DNA from: Chiloscyllium plagiosum
Taxonomy: Eukaryota
Direction of reading: 5' to 3'
DNA length: 64,000 bases
NCBI RefSeq assembly: GCF_004010195.1
Contig: NC_057719.1
Span: 65,033,866 to 65,097,865 of the forward strand
Below the pieces are notes generated by a model, which was given only the letters and a program-made list of their open reading frames with translations, was not told the DNA's origin and searched no databases. Shown here in pieces: positions 24,855 through 38,679 of this stretch; the first letter of the stretch is position 1; the number at the start of each line of letters is the position of its first letter. The translations under genes were made by a program, and so were the position numbers.

Positions 24855-24970
24855 AGACAATAGAATCTAGGATAATAGAGTAGGGAAATGGATCTGGGTG
24901 GATTACTCTTCAGAGGGTCAGTATTAGGTCGAAGGGCCTGTTTCTACACTGTAGGGATTCTACGATTCAA
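24855..24970 (+). mobile_element. HE1-type SINE or partner-LINE 3' tail fragment nested in CR1
   Basis: ggatctgggtggattactcttcagagggtcagt..cgaagggcctgtttctacactgtagggattcta matches the HE1 tail. Confidence 0.7.
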
Positions 24971-25934
24971 TGAGTCTATGATTAAAGATGAGATTGCAGA
25001 GTACTTGAAAGTGATTGGTGAAATAGGGCTGAATCAGCTTTGTCATGGGGTGGTCATGCCTAATAAATCTGTTGAAATTCTTTGAGGAGGTAACACGCAA
25101 GGAGACAAAGCAGAGCTAGGGGACATGATTTATTTTGATTTCCAGAAGGCTTTTGGCAAGGTGCTGCACAGGAGGCTAATAAATAAGACAAGAGCCCATG
25201 GTTTTAGTGGCAAGGTACTGGCATGGAGTCTGGATTAGCTGACTGGCAGAAGACAGAGAGCAGCTGGTGACTAGTGGAGTTCCACAGGAATCTGTGTTTG
25301 GACCACACCTCTTCACATTATGCATGGATGAAGGAACTGGGGGCATTGTTGCTAAGTTTGCACATGACATAAAGCTAGGTGGAGGGACAAATAGTGTTAA
25401 GGAAGTGAAGAGGCTGCAGAAGGGTTAGGACAGGCTAGGTGAATGGGCAAAAACTGGTAGGTGGAATACAAGGAGGGGCAAGTGTGAGGTTATACCCTTT
25501 GATGGGAATAATAGAAGTGTAGACTATTTTCTAAATAGGGAATGGCTTTGGAAATTTGAAGCACAAATGGACTTGGGAGTCTTAGTTCAAGATTTTCTTA
25601 AGGTTAACATATAGGTTCACTTGGCAGTTAGGAAGGCAAATGCAATGTTGGCATTCATTTCAGTAGGACTAGAATACAAAAGTAGAGATGTACTGCTGAG
25701 ACTGTATAAGGCTTTGTTGTGAGCAGTTTTGGGCTCTGTGTTTAAGGACGGATGAGTTGATGTTGAAGGCGATCCACAGGAGGTTTAGAAGATTGATCCC
25801 AGCTTTGAAGGGCTTGTCATATGAGGAGCGGTTGAGGACTCTGGACCTGTACTCAATGGAATTTAGAAGTGTTTAAGGGGGATCTGATTGAAACTTACAA
25901 AAGACTGAGAGGCCTGGATATTATTAACATATTT

Positions 25935-26100
25935 GAAACAGTAAGTACTGGAGAGACCCAGCAGATCTGGCATCATCAATGGCGAGGGAAACAACACATG
26001 CGTCATGCCCAATATAAATAACCCTTCTTTGGATCTGCTGAGTTTCTCTGGCACTTTGTTTTTTTTTTCATTTCTTCAATTTCCACAGTATTTTGCTCTT
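25935..26100. mobile_element. Old palindromic Penelope-like short element, hammerhead no longer recognisable
   Basis: Arms gtactggagagacccagcagatc and gatctgctgagtttctctggcac; similar to the 3' part of the element at 41512. Confidence 0.55.
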
Positions 26101-26859
26101 GTTTAGTTGTTTGCACAAACACATTAAAAATATTGCAGAGTGGACTTTCATATGAAATGTTCAATTGTCTGAAAAAATCATGAACTTCCTGTGCTTTTAT
26201 TTATCGAGAATTCGCTTTTAGAGTAACAACAGAATTATTTTAAAATTACAAGTAAGCTTTCTATGATCATTAGTTAATACTGAGAACTGATAATGTCTAT
26301 GGATAGATAGTTATTTGAAGAGTTGTGGTGAAAAGCATCAAAGTTCAAGAATCAGTGGAGTAGAAAGAATGCAGGAATTTCTTTATTTGGGTAATAAATT
26401 ATTGAGAGCCTATTTTCAAAATGTCACCAGAGATGTTTGAAGAGCTTATGCATTATAGAAGAAACTTGTTTCTATGAGTTGGCCACCTGATAATCTCTGC
26501 TGGGGGTGTGTATGCCCTTCTCTAGAATGACCACAACAATTCTGTCTCACATAACAAAGAATTTCTGTTTAAATCTGAGTCAGCATCTGGTTTCTGTGAT
26601 GTTTATCCTCACTACCATTCCATCGTTTAGTCACAAACTTTGCCCCCCACAGACATCATTGAAATCTAGACTTCCCAGAAAACAGGAACTGAAAAGTAAC
26701 AACTGTCTTGTAGCGCAGAAGTAATCATGTCTGAATATTTTCACTGCACCAAGCAATCATTTTTGTTTGTTATACAAGATTTGTTAACTATTTTTGTTCC
26801 TAATCATCTAAAATAGCATGAAGACAGCAAATTATTAATAGAGTTGCAATTGTTTTGAT

Positions 26860-27115
26860 GGCAACTTGTTCGCAGCAAGGTTCCTTAAACAACAGAGTAA
26901 AATTCTGTTTCATCTGTTCAGCAGTATTGAATAATGTCAACGAAAATTGTCTGCATATCTTTGAATAGTGCTAGGAGATAGTATGCAGCCACTCAAACAT
27001 TCAGAAGGTATCTTAATTGAAAATAGCATTGTACCTAGAGTATGTGCCTAAATCCTGAAATGGGATTTAAACCCATGATTCTGACTCAGATGTAAATGTT
27101 CTACATTGAGCCAGT
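26860..27115 (-). mobile_element. SacSINE1-like SINE including tRNA-like head
   Basis: Right end tgggatttaaaccc..ctgactcaga..tgagcca is the reverse complement of a tRNA-type head; body matches the 14065 copy. Confidence 0.6.
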
Positions 27116-27224
27116 TTAACATTACTATGGTACTTTGATCCCTGTAGTGATGCACCAGCCAATTATTCATCTTCCTGCCTCACCAGTGGATATATAATTG
27201 TCAAAATTCAACATGCAGTAAGTA

Positions 27225-27500
27225 TAGAGTTATAAAATCACAGAACAGAAACAGACCCTTCAGTCCAACTCGGCCATGCCGACCAGATATCCTAAATTAA
27301 TCTAGTCCCTTTTGCCAGCACTTGGCCCATATCCCCTTCCTACTCATATACCCATCCAGATGCCTGTACCAGCCTCCACCACTTTCTCTCTCAGCTCATT
27401 CTATACATATACCATCCTCTACATGAAAACATTGTCCCTTAGGTTGCTTTTAAATCTTTCTCCTTTCACCTTAAACATATGCCCTCTAGTTTTGGACTTC
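27225..27500 (-). mobile_element. CR1 3' end
   Basis: aaacagacccttcagtccaactc..ccatgccgaccagatat matches the 3'UTR at 6861. Confidence 0.85.
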
Positions 27501-28861
27501 TACTATCTTTTTCAGTAAAAGGGTGAGCTTAAATTGGAAACAGCACTTAATTACAAAGATCCTGGCTGTCTCAAATCTCTCAAAAGATGAATGGCCACAA
27601 TAAAGAATGAATATTAGCCTAGGACTTGGAGAAGGTGTTGTTGAGGGGGCTTTGAGGTAAATTGTGGTGGGTCAATTTAATTAGGAGTTAAACTAGTTTC
27701 TTTTCAAATGGTCCAACATTTCCTAAAGAACTATTAACTGCAGCAGAACCCTCTGAGTTCTCTGACTCATAAGACATCACATGATTAAGACAGGTATTTA
27801 TGGCTGGCTTTTAGTAACAAAAGACTTGAATTAGAGTAATATCATGAGAGATATTATTTGAAATATCATTTGAAGTGCCATCGAACAGTTGCAAACCAGT
27901 TATGCAAATAAGGTTAAATAGCCGTACCAAAAGGTTAGGAGTTGGCATCTCCCCAGTCTGTTCCAACTTCAAGCTCACCCTAGCTTATCTCCTGGCCTTT
28001 CTAGTGAAAGCAGTCTTACAGTTTTCTGATGATCATTTGCTGTTCCAGACCTCTACTCCAGCTAAACCTCAAATCAGCTAAGAAATTATGTGTCTGCAAA
28101 AAAAACAAGGTTAAACTATTAAATTTTAATGGTATTTTCCTCTGCACCAGTGTCTAATATTGTGAGCCCTTACATTAAAACCTGCAGAAAAAAAGTGTGA
28201 TAATAATAATAAATTGAGAAAGCCTGTTGCAAAAAATTGTTTAAATTAGGGAAATTCATTCTGAGTATAAGAATGTGCACCACCCCCTTTAACACAAATA
28301 CACTTTGATCACAGAAAGTAATAAACGCAGAAGGTGGAATTTTCCCCTTCCTGGAGAGGTGTGTGGGAAATGGTGAGTTATCAGCTTCCTCAATGGTGAT
28401 GTAATGTTGTCCCAGCAGTGTATCTTGCCTGATGCATCAGTGCTTACATTATCCCTTGTATCATAAGAAACTAGACGTGCATATCGTGGTATTGAAGAAT
28501 CCAACAGATATTTATTATAGCTAGTTGTTATATATAAATATTACATTCATAAGAATATATAATTCTAGGCAAGCATGAATGTATTCAGTTACATTGAGAA
28601 GAAGGCTTCCAATTGTGTTTCATGCTCTAGCTTAAGTTGAAGTAAGAGACCTTTATACCCTCAGTCTATGTGCTACAATACGATGATGATATATTCAGCA
28701 TGCCTCTTAAAGATATACTGATGTATTGACAGTGAGACTTAATGTAACATTGCTCTTTACCAAAGATAAAAAGAAACTCTAACATGGTTGTACATAGGTA
28801 CACCTCGATTTGATAATTATTCAAACAGGCAAAACAGAGTTTACAAGATGAACATTTTATT

Positions 28862-29835
28862 GAGTCATTAAGTACAGCATGAAAACTGACCCTTTGGTCC
28901 AACACATTCAAACCGAACCAGTACCCTAAATTAATTTAGTATTATTTGCAGGATTTGGTCCAAATCTCTCTAAACCATTCCTATTCATATACCCATCCAG
29001 ATGCTTTTTAAATGTTGTAATTGTACCAGCCTCCACTACTTCGTCTGGCAGCTCTTTCGATACACTCACTGTCCTCTCCTTAGGTCCCTTTTAAATCTTG
29101 CCTCTCTCACCTTAAACCTATGCCCTCTAGTTCTGGACTCCCCCACCCTGGAGAAAAGACCCCTGCTACTCACCATATCCATGGCCCTCATGATTTTATA
29201 AGCCTCTATAAGATCACCCGTCAGCTTCCAATGCTCCAGGAAAAACAGCTCCAGCCCATTCAGTCCCTCCCTTTAGCTCTAAACCTAAAACCTTGGCAGC
29301 ATCTTTTCTGTACCCTTTCATAACATCTTTCCCACAGCAGAGAGACCAGACCTACATGTAGTTTTCCAAACGTGGCCTACCCAATGTTCTGTACAGCCAC
29401 AATATGAACTCCTGACTCCTGTACAATACTCAATACTCTGATCAATAAAGGAAAGCATACCAAACACCTTCTTCACTCTCCTGTCTACCTGGGACTCCCA
29501 CTTTCAAGGAGCTATGAATCTGCACTCCAAGGTCTCTTTGTTCAGCAACACTCCCCAGGATATAACCAGACACGATTCTATTCTATTAAGTCCTGCTTTG
29601 ATTTGTCTTTCCAAAATGCAGCACTTCACATTTATCTAAATTAAGTTCCATCTGCCACTCCTCAACCCATTGGCCCATCTGATCAAGATCCCGTTGTAAT
29701 CTGAGGTAACCTTCTTCGCTGTCCACTACACCTCCAATTTTGGCGTCATCTACAAACTTACTAATTATACCTTCTATGTTCACATTGAAATTATTTATAA
29801 ATATGACAAAAAGCAGTGGACCTGCACCGATCCTT
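28862..29835 (-). mobile_element. 5'-truncated CR1 LINE
   Basis: ORF 29586..29783 SKFVDDAKIGGVVDSEEGYLRLQRDLD..KCEVLHFG; 3'UTR at 28862. Confidence 0.9.
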
Positions 29836-29839
29836 TATG

Positions 29840-32220
29840 CTTTGGATGCTTGACAACTCATCCAGTTCTGACAATTTTATACCCATCTAACATAGTAACA
29901 TTGTCTTCTGTTGCTCTCATTTAACAATTTGGTTGTTTTTCTGCTGATTGCTATCACTCAACACCACTGCACTAATTGTTATTGGAATTTTCTTCCTCAC
30001 ATTCTTCATTCATGATTGGTGTGCCATAGATTAATCTGAGTGGGTTTCCGTTCCTTCACAATGTAGCACCATAATCAATATTGACCTTGTTTGACCTGGG
30101 CTCATTATATGTTTGAGAAAACCTTGCTGGTATCTATGTATTTGTATTTCTAATTTGCAATCTGCCTGGTGCATAGTTTTGGTACTTATTTATCATATAT
30201 TTCTTTCATTCCACTCTGGCTTTAAAGAAGAATGTCCTATATCTTGGGATGGCAAGACAATTCATTGCTGGGCAAGATCATACACAATTGTCTTCCAAGC
30301 ATAAGATGCGATATGGATAATGATACCTTCCCATTAGATTTGATTGTATTGTACCACGTGTTTTGCTATACTGTTTGAGAATGGATAATGAGCTGACAAT
30401 GTCATATGGGTCACTATGCAGATAGGAGATATACCATGAAATAATTTTAGATGTGTTGAGTTCCATTGTCAGACACTACCAGATCCAGATCACTGAATAA
30501 ACTGAGAAAAACATAATGTGAATGTAGAGGTTTCCTGCACTGCAGGTGTTAATATATGTCATGTCTCAAGTGCATTCAGGAGTTTTTGAATACCTTGATT
30601 CATCCCTAGTATATAGATTCACATGCTGGCCTTCTTGTGTGTTGAATACATCATGTATCCCTGGCTTAACAAAGTCAATGATATCTTAGCGTAATACTTT
30701 TAGGAATTATTTGCTCTTGAAAATAGTCAATAGTGATCCCTCGATGATCTTTGCATGGAAATAATGAACAAATCTTCTCAGGGATGATTTTAATATTGTC
30801 AGGCCATCCTTGGAGAATAAACATTTGCAACTTTTGTAAATGCTCATCTTGAACAGATGCCAACTGTAACGGATCTCTGTGAGAATATCCAAAACTTTGT
30901 ACTCTAGAACATCAATGTGTAGCTCTAGGAGAATATCTTGATTTGCGTGTGGGTTACCATTGCACAGTGAATCAGACATAATTATCTCAGTCTCTGGGTT
31001 TTATATATATCACTTCAAAGTCAAATCCTTGGATCTTGATAAGCAAGTACTATAAATGTGGCAGTATACACGTTACCTTAATACCTTATGATCTGTTTCA
31101 ATAGTGAATTTCTTACCAAATTAGCATGTGTGAAGCATAATGCCAAATACTAGAGCTAATACCCGTGTTCTTTAATGAAAGAATTGGCTGCGCAGATGAC
31201 AGGGTTTTCAAACAAAAGGCAATCAGAGTTTTGCCTTGCAGCTCTTTTTCCAATGCATCCACTTCAAGAGTCATGTCTTTCCTGGATTTACAGGAAACTA
31301 AGCTAGTTGCAGGTTGCAGCAGACTAGATTTGGCTGTCACAGCTTCCTTGAGAGAATCAATGACCTCCTGGTGGTTGTCTTGCCACACAGAGGCATATCC
31401 CTTTTGAGCAATTCAGTGAAGATACCTTGTTAGCAAAATTAGGAACAGATTAAAAACCTCAAGGCAACTTTGCAGATACTGTTTATTCGGTAAAATATAC
31501 ATTTTTTTAAGATTCATGATCTTCCCCGGATTTGGACGGACTCCATGAGTAGAGTAAATGGACCCAAAGATATTTTCTTGGCTGTGGCTGACCTGGTAAT
31601 TCAAGCTGCTTACTATTAATCTTTGTTGTTGAACTGCTCTCATCAGGAGGTGAAGTTGGGGTAACATTCTGCCTTTGTTTTACCCATGATTGCAATATTG
31701 CCAGCAATCAAAATATAACCAGATACATTATTAATTAATCCTATACTTGTGCAGCTGGAAAAGGTCTTGGCCAAATAATAACCCAAATAGTAACCACTGG
31801 AAACAGTTTTGTCCAAATGGCATCTTAAATGTTGTAAGCTCTTGGACTTCTTGTGCTAAATGGACAGATCAGTATCAGGATGATTGCATTTAGTTTGTTC
31901 TCAATCTTCAATTGTAATATCACAGGTGGCAAAGGAATTTGTTGAACATGACTGGACATTCTGCTAGGATATAGAGAGAGCAGGCAGGAGGCTGACGTTT
32001 CGGGTGTAACTATTCTTCAGGCCACAAGTCTTGAAGAAGGATTACACCCCAAACATTGACTTCTCTACCTCCTGATGCTGCCTGGTTTGCTGAGTTCTTC
32101 CAGCCTCCTACCTGTCTACTTTGGCCTCCAGCATCTGCAGTTTTTTTGCCTCTTACCAAGGATATAGAGAGGGGCAGTGTTTGGGAATATGTTGGCAGAA
32201 TCCAAGTGGTCATTTATGGT
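29840..32220 (-). pseudogene. Decayed Ty3/Gypsy LTR-retrotransposon pol (RT, RNase H, integrase)
   Basis: Fragments in the expected order: cttacaacatttaagatgccatttgg (TTF.MPFG), FGSIYSTHGVRPNPGKI (RT end), MTLEVDA...IAFCLKTLSSAQ (RNase H), LQKLQMFILQGWP, then integrase-like sequence at about 29900-30650. Confidence 0.75.
31979..32158. mobile_element. Palindromic Penelope-like element (family C) with two hammerhead motifs and 13-bp TSD, inside Gypsy pol
   Basis: TSD aggatatagagag at 31966-31978 and 32159-32171. Minus strand CTGAAGA-atagttacaccc-GAAAC-GTC (31994-32020). Plus strand aagtc-TTGAAGA-aggattacaccc-CAAAC-ATT-gactt (32026-32062). Confidence 0.75.
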
Positions 32221-33654
32221 TGAAATGAGAAAGGAGTTGACATGCTTAACAAAATCACAGGCATGTTGGACAAGATGTTTGGAAGGAGAGAACAGGAGTA
32301 TTGCTCTTTTTACCTTTTACCTCTATAATAATGTCAACCTAGATCCTGTCCTATAATGACCTAATTAAATTACATACTTAATTACTTAGTGAGGAAATTG
32401 ACACACATGTATTGAACGTGATACCTTTATACCTCAATACCAATCATTACAATGTTTAAAAATTAGTTCTTTTTTTATGATGAAGTAGTAGATGGATGGA
32501 AATGAGAATACAATTTATTTGATGACGCTATGCAACTTTATAATTATCCTATTTGTTTTAGTTTTGTCAGTTCTTTTCTAATTGTTTCAGAAAATTTAGG
32601 AATAAATTATAACTTTTTTGTGCAATTACATTTCTGTAAAAAACCAGGCACACAATTTGGAACAAGAAAATCTCTTCTAGCACTTTTCACACAGAGATGC
32701 TGTTCTTTCCTGACTTTTAGAGCTAATTTTTAGATATATAATGGCTGAAACATGGGAATCAATGGTCACTCTTAGTTTCTGTCATTCATTGCAGTTGACT
32801 TATCAGAGAAACAATCCTGAGCTTAGTGTTTGTGGTATTGGATGATGCTGTGGAATTCTTGTGGGAGAACTTGCTAATTGACCAATTAAGTGCTTAAATG
32901 ACAATTCTTACCACACAGACACGCAAGAAAATTGCAATGTCCGGGGCACATTGTGAATTAAAGGGGCCTTACTTAAAACTGTGGTTACCAATGTGCTCTT
33001 TCTAGCTGGTGGGAGTTTGGTGTCAACCAAGGTGAAATGAATGCTGAGGGTAAAAAGGACAAAAGTTGTAAGGAAACAGAAAATGTGAAAAGTCATGCTT
33101 GAATAGCTTTTTGTGCAGTTCCGATTCAAGTAAGGTCACAAATTGCCAGGATCGGATTCTAATGTCGGCAGCTCTCACTGAAAAACAGCAAGTTAAATGT
33201 TGGCAAAATATTGTTCAATCCAAAGACAATGAATAATTCAAGTCACTGTGCATCTTGTTTACAGCTAGAATTGCAAATTCTCCTTTTGCATTGCAGCTGA
33301 TGACAAACAGAAATTTGGGACAAAGCTATTTCTACAACATCCTGATTCAGTTCATAGCGAAGTTCCATCCGTGAATACAGATTTCTCAAATTGGCTTTTT
33401 GTGCAAGTACAGTTGCTTTGAAAGTAAATAAATGATGCGGCCATTTTCAATTTTCCAGTTTGATTATGCATGCTACAAAGTTTTTATTTTGGTTTACTTT
33501 TCATAAGGCATGTCTCCTAGTAAACATTTCAATGTTCCTAAGTTTGGAGCTGTATCCCTTTCTGTAAGAAGAGACAAGGCAAAATCTTTCCATGAAGATG
33601 ATCAAATTGAATGGACATGTGACTGTTTCCTGTCTGGTAATCACTGTATTAATT

Positions 33655-35330
33655 ACAGAATCGAGTCCACTCTGCCATTTAATCATGGCTCATGGCTGTT
33701 TCAATTCCATTTACCTGCACTCGCCCCATATCCCTTAATTCCTTGCAAGATCAAGAATTTATCAATCCCTGCCTTGAAGACATCCAATGTCCCAGCCTCC
33801 ACTGTGCATCGTGGCAATGAATTCCATAGGCCCACTACTCTCTGGCTGAAGAGATGTCTCCTCATGTCCATTCTAAATTGACCCCCTCTAATTCTAAGGC
33901 TGTGTCCACGGGTCCTAATCACCCCACCTAACGGAAACAACCTCCCAGCGTCCACCCTTTCTAAGCCATACATTATCTTGTAAGTTTCTATTAGATCTCC
34001 CCTCAACCATCTAAACTCTAATGAATACAATCCCAGGATCCTCAGCTGATCATCATACGTTAGGCCTACCATTCCAGGGATCATCCGCTGGACACGCTAC
34101 AGTGTCAGTATGTCCTTCCTGAGGTGTGGGGCCCAAAATTAAACACAGTATTCTAAATGGGGCCTAACTAGAGCTTTATAAAGTCTCAGAAGCATGTCGC
34201 TGCTTTGATATTCCAACCCTCTTGAGATAAATGACAACATTACATTTATTTTCTTAATCACAGACTCCACCTGCAAATCAACCTTTAGAGAATCCTAGAC
34301 TAGCACTCCAAGGTCCCTTTGTACTTTGGCTTTATGAATTTTCTCACTGTTTAATAAATAGTCCACGCCTGTATTCTTTTTTCCAAAGTGCAAGACCTCG
34401 CTCTTGCTCACGTTGAATTTCATCAGCCATATCCTGGACCACTCTCTTAATCTTTCTGCAGCCTTCCCACCTCCTCAGAACTACCTGCCTGTCTGCCTAA
34501 CTTCATATCATCGGCGAAATTTGTCAGAATGCCCCCAGTCCCTTCATCCAGATCAATAATATATAAAGTGAACAGCTGCTGCCCCAACACTGAACCCTGC
34601 GGGACACCACTTGTCACTGACTGCCATTCCAAAAAAAGAACCTTTTATCCCAAATCTCTGCCTTCTGTCAGACAGCCAATTCTCAATCCATGCCAGTAGC
34701 TCACCTCAAATACCATGGGCCCTCACCTTATTCAGCAGCCTCCTGTGAGGCAACTTATCAAAGGCTTTTTGGAAGTCTAGGTAGATAACATCCACTGGGT
34801 TTCCCTGGTCTACTTGTTACCTCTTCAAAGAATTCTAACAGATTTGTAAGGCACAACCTCCCCTTACTAAATCCATGCTGACTTGTTCTTATCTGACCCT
34901 GCAATTCCAAGAATTTAGAAATTTCATCCTTAATGATGGATTCTAGAATTTTACCTACAACTGAGGTTAGGCTAATCGGCCTATAACTTTCCATCTGTTG
35001 TCCTGATCCTTTCTTGAACAAGGGGTTTACAGCAGTGATTTTCCAATTGTCTGGGACTTTCCCTGACTCCAGTGATTTTTGAAAGATCACAATGAACGCC
35101 CCCGCTGTTTCCGCAGCCACCTCCCTCAGAACTCTAGGATGTAGCCCATCAGGGTCTGGAAATTTATCAATTTTTAGATCTTTTAGCTTTTCTCACACTT
35201 TCTCTTTTGTAATGGCTACCATACTCAACTCTGCCCCTCGAATCTCCTTAATTGTTGGGATATTACTCATGTCTTCCATTGTGAAGAATGACACAAAGTA
35301 CTTATTAAGTTCTTTAGCTATTTCCTGATA
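33655..35330 (-). mobile_element. 5'-truncated CR1 LINE
   Basis: ORFs 34758..35120 (YRPISLTSVVGKILE, QHGF..CLTNLLEFFE), 34447..34632 (GVPQGSVLG, FADD) and 33701..34084. Confidence 0.93.
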
Positions 35331-35831
35331 ACAGTTCACCATTCAGGCTGTTTTGTTTGTTTCTGAATGTCTGGTCAAATCTGTAGATGGACACCTTCTT
35401 GAGGCAGCTGATGAATTCATGTTTATTACTCACTGTTGCATTTTCAGTCCCCACAAGATCGCAACGTGGATGAAGTATTTTCGCAACAGCCAGGCCTAGC
35501 TAATTTTGAATTCAAATCCATACTGGTTTTTGCAGTTTGTGTAGTTTCTGTGATAATTATTGTAATTTAATCTTTGAGTGGAATGGAACTCAACTTCCTT
35601 CTCCCTCACCTTGTTCAAATCTGCTGCTGGATAAGACTTGGCATAAGATGTATCCAGAAGAGAAGAAAATCGCATCCAATTCACATTAGATGGTCACATG
35701 GAACCAGCTCATTCTAGTGTAGGGTAAGATGATAACAGTATCAGATAAATATAATCGCTCTTTCTCAATCAAGCCTTTACTATCTGCACTTCTCTTTCAG
35801 CCTTTTGATGCTGTGGTTCTCTCACATGTGG

Positions 35832-35958
35832 CGAAAGTGAGGACTGCAGATGCTGAAGATTAGAGCCAAGAGTGTGGTGCTGGAAAAACACAGCTGGTCA
35901 GGCAGCATCCGAGGAGCAGGAAAATCGACGTTTTGGGCAAAAGCCCTTCATCAGGACT
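35832..35958 (-). mobile_element. Single-arm Penelope-like element (family A) with hammerhead motif
   Basis: Homologous to 10217-10340. Minus strand agtc-CTGATGA-A-GGGC-tttt-GCCC-AAAAC-GTC-gatt (G12 to A). No TSD found. Confidence 0.75.
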
Positions 35959-36349
35959 GAGGAAGTTAGATAAAAACTTCCCCACTTGATTCACTGCTCC
36001 CATAAATTCACAAAGGTGGGAATTCTACTTCCTAAAGATCTATTCTGATCCTTAATACCTGCAAAATGTACTGTAAGAACTTCATTGTTGGTTGAAAGAG
36101 CTCATATCTGTATCACTCTGGCATTATGATCTACTGTAATAGATCCATGGTTTAAGATGTCATCCATGTGGCAAATGACTCCCTCTAACCTTTCCTGTAC
36201 TGAAACATCTCTGGGGCATTTAGGATAACAGATGGTAAATCAGTTAAAACAATACCCTCTATATTGTACAATAAAGGTTGCAAATAATTTTGATTCCTCA
36301 TCTAAAATTAATTGCGTATATGTCACTAATCAAGTCTAGCATAGTGAAA

Positions 36350-36558
36350 CTTGGTAGCCATGATGTGGAAGTGCCGGTGTTGGACTGGGGTGTACAAAAT
36401 TAAAAATTATACAGCACCAGGTTATAGTCTAACAGGTTTATTTGGAAACACTAGCTTTCAGAGAGCTGCTCAGGTAGCTGATGAAGGAGCAGTGCTCCTA
36501 AAGCTAGTGCTTCCAAATAAACCTGTTGGACTATAACCTGGTGCTGTGTGATTTTTAA
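36350..36558. mobile_element. Palindromic Penelope-like element (family B) with hammerhead motif and 10-bp TSD
   Basis: TSD catagtgaaa at 36340-36349 and 36559-36568. Arms at about 36400-36457 and 36500-36558. Plus strand CTGATGA-A-GGAGC-agt-GCTCC-TAAA-GCTA (36478-36506). Confidence 0.8.
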
Positions 36559-38199
36559 CATAGTGAAAATTGAACTTTTCTCAGCTTTGCCAAACTCCCA
36601 TCTAGACACCATTGGATGGATTTCCCTTTTAGCAGTGTTGTTCAGCTGTGTGAAAGCCAAACAGGTTCATAGTGAGCCATTTGGTTTCACACAGGTCAAT
36701 GCAGTCTTAGGATAGTGAAGTCTGGACCAATGCTCAGCCAGTGACCTTCTCCACTCTGCCAATGTACATGCAGGTACACGGCTCCATCACTCACTAGTTG
36801 CTGTAACACCTTCCCTCACTCACTGACACCCACCCCAATTTGCGATACCACTAGTGCTGCAGGCCTCTGTGCTGCTTGCTTACTTGATCAGGATACATCC
36901 CCAAATGCACCTAAATGCCAGTCGTGCCGCCCACTATCATCTCCCATAATACCTGCCTCTCTCTCTTCCCCCGGCAATCCAAGGCAGGAATGATGTGAGC
37001 ACCCAAGTATGCTCAGTGAGCGCCATGACAGTAAGTGAACAGCCCAGAGATGCAGCTTGGTCAATCTATGAGTTGGGTGCATTGTTCTGAATGCACAGTG
37101 TCCTTGCTGTAGCAATACAAAAATAGTTGCTTGTGCAGCTCAAGACGCAGTATTGATGTACAGAAATGTCCTGTAAGTGGATTGAAGATGTAGGAGGGTA
37201 TTAGGGTACATTTCAGTAGTTGTGGCATGCATGTGCCCCATGCCAATGGAGCATGCCTTGAGATGTTGGTTCCCAATGCCCAACATGGAGGTCTTTTGGA
37301 GCAAATGGTATACTGAAGTTGCCAGGTACCCGCTCTGACTTCCATGCTGAAATTTGTCAACATCTAGCTCGTAGGTAGCATTTGGTAAGATACAAAGCAG
37401 AATGTTAATGAACTGAGTTAATAAGGCATTTGACAACCTACATTACTCCTCAAATTGGCAACACACCATAGCCTAATGAGAAACTCAACAGGTGTATAAA
37501 GGTGCACTGAGCTGCTTCTGATGTTGAGATTAGCTCCGCTGGATTTCTCGTAGGATTCTGCCACAAATTTCACCATAACCCATGTCATTCAGGCCCCGAC
37601 AAGATTTCACCTATTGTTCTGTTTCTAAGACAAACTAATCTACTTGCTGCTGAGAGTGTGAGAAACAAGCTTCATTCTATAGCCTCTTTTTATTACACTC
37701 TGCACCAGTTGGTGGTACAGAAGTTACCGTGACTTGTCATTTCTTTTCTGCCTGGAAAACATAAGTCACAATTCTCAGGGATTTCCAAAGAACTGGTCCC
37801 CAATAGCTTATATCTTCTTGGATATGTTTGGGGCTTATTATTGGGAAAAATACCAGATGACTATGATTGTTAGGTATAAGGATATACCAGGGGGCTGAGA
37901 GAAAGGAGAATGGGGCTAATTAGATCAGAAATCTAGTTACCAGAGATGTTTGAGATAGTTTATAAAATGAAGTGACATATTTGATGGATTTCTGGCTTGT
38001 TTACATGGTGGGGACCTATTTCTACTATTACAATGTTGAATAGGTGCTTGTTATGGCACTATGTCAAAGAAAAGCAGGGGAGACATCTCCATTTGCTGGC
38101 AAATATGTATCCCTACATCAACCTAGCAATATTATTCAATCATAATCACTGTTTGAGAGAGCTTCCTGTATGCAATTTGAATGCTGCAATTTCTGCGTA

Positions 38200-38440
38200 A
38201 CAGTACCCCTTTGTCTATAAACTCTTTCGGATATTTTCAGTGTCGTGGTGCATTGTAATGTATGAAATGTGATACCAAAATGTGCACAGCAAGCCCCGAC
38301 AAACAGTAATGTAGTTATGGCTACGCAATTTGTTGTTGTGGTGTTTTCAGTAACAGGCAGGAGAGATTAAGCAGCAGCTCACCTCTGGGCAGTTGATAAT
38401 CTCTTTAAATAGCAATATTGTGGGTTCTTTCTCACTGTTT
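38200..38440 (-). mobile_element. SacSINE1-like SINE fragment
   Basis: tgtgcacagcaagccccgacaaacagtaatg..aaatagcaatattgtggg.tcttt, homologous to the 14065 and 26860 copies. Confidence 0.5.
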
Positions 38441-38679
38441 AGTCCATGCTCAACTATGCAAGGTTAAGAGATGGCGTGTTCTTCTCAATTCTACTGGTGA
38501 CTGTCATTGGAATCTGCTTACTGTGCCGATGTCCTCACCAAGTTAGTGTCTGGCTGTTCACTGCAGAAGTGTATGCACATGTATTACTTGCCACTTTGAT
38601 CCCTGAGTAGAATACATAGATACCAAAAGAACCAGCAAAACTGGTCAAAATTTTTTGGGTCTTAGCTGAATACTATATG

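Larger units (their letters stand above)
23745..25920 (+). mobile_element. CR1 LINE with nested insertions
   Basis: WLTDKVRDSIKTKEKA; gtcccagaggactgg; gatttccagaaggctttt; ccacaggaatctgtgtttggacc; aagtttgcacatgac; ggggatctgattgaaacttac. Confidence 0.85.

Noticed and set aside
36700..37620. Possible Harbinger-derived remnant (similar blocks at about 23040-23470 and 62780-63180)
   Set aside because: GC-richer and repeat-like, but I could not establish TIRs, TSDs or protein motifs.
38522..38560. 39-nt minus-strand exon candidate (ctgcag..gtaagc), plus similar candidates near 14707, 35434 and 57415
   Set aside because: Plausible splice signals, but no recognisable peptide or consistent exon chain; such sites are expected by chance in 64 kb.
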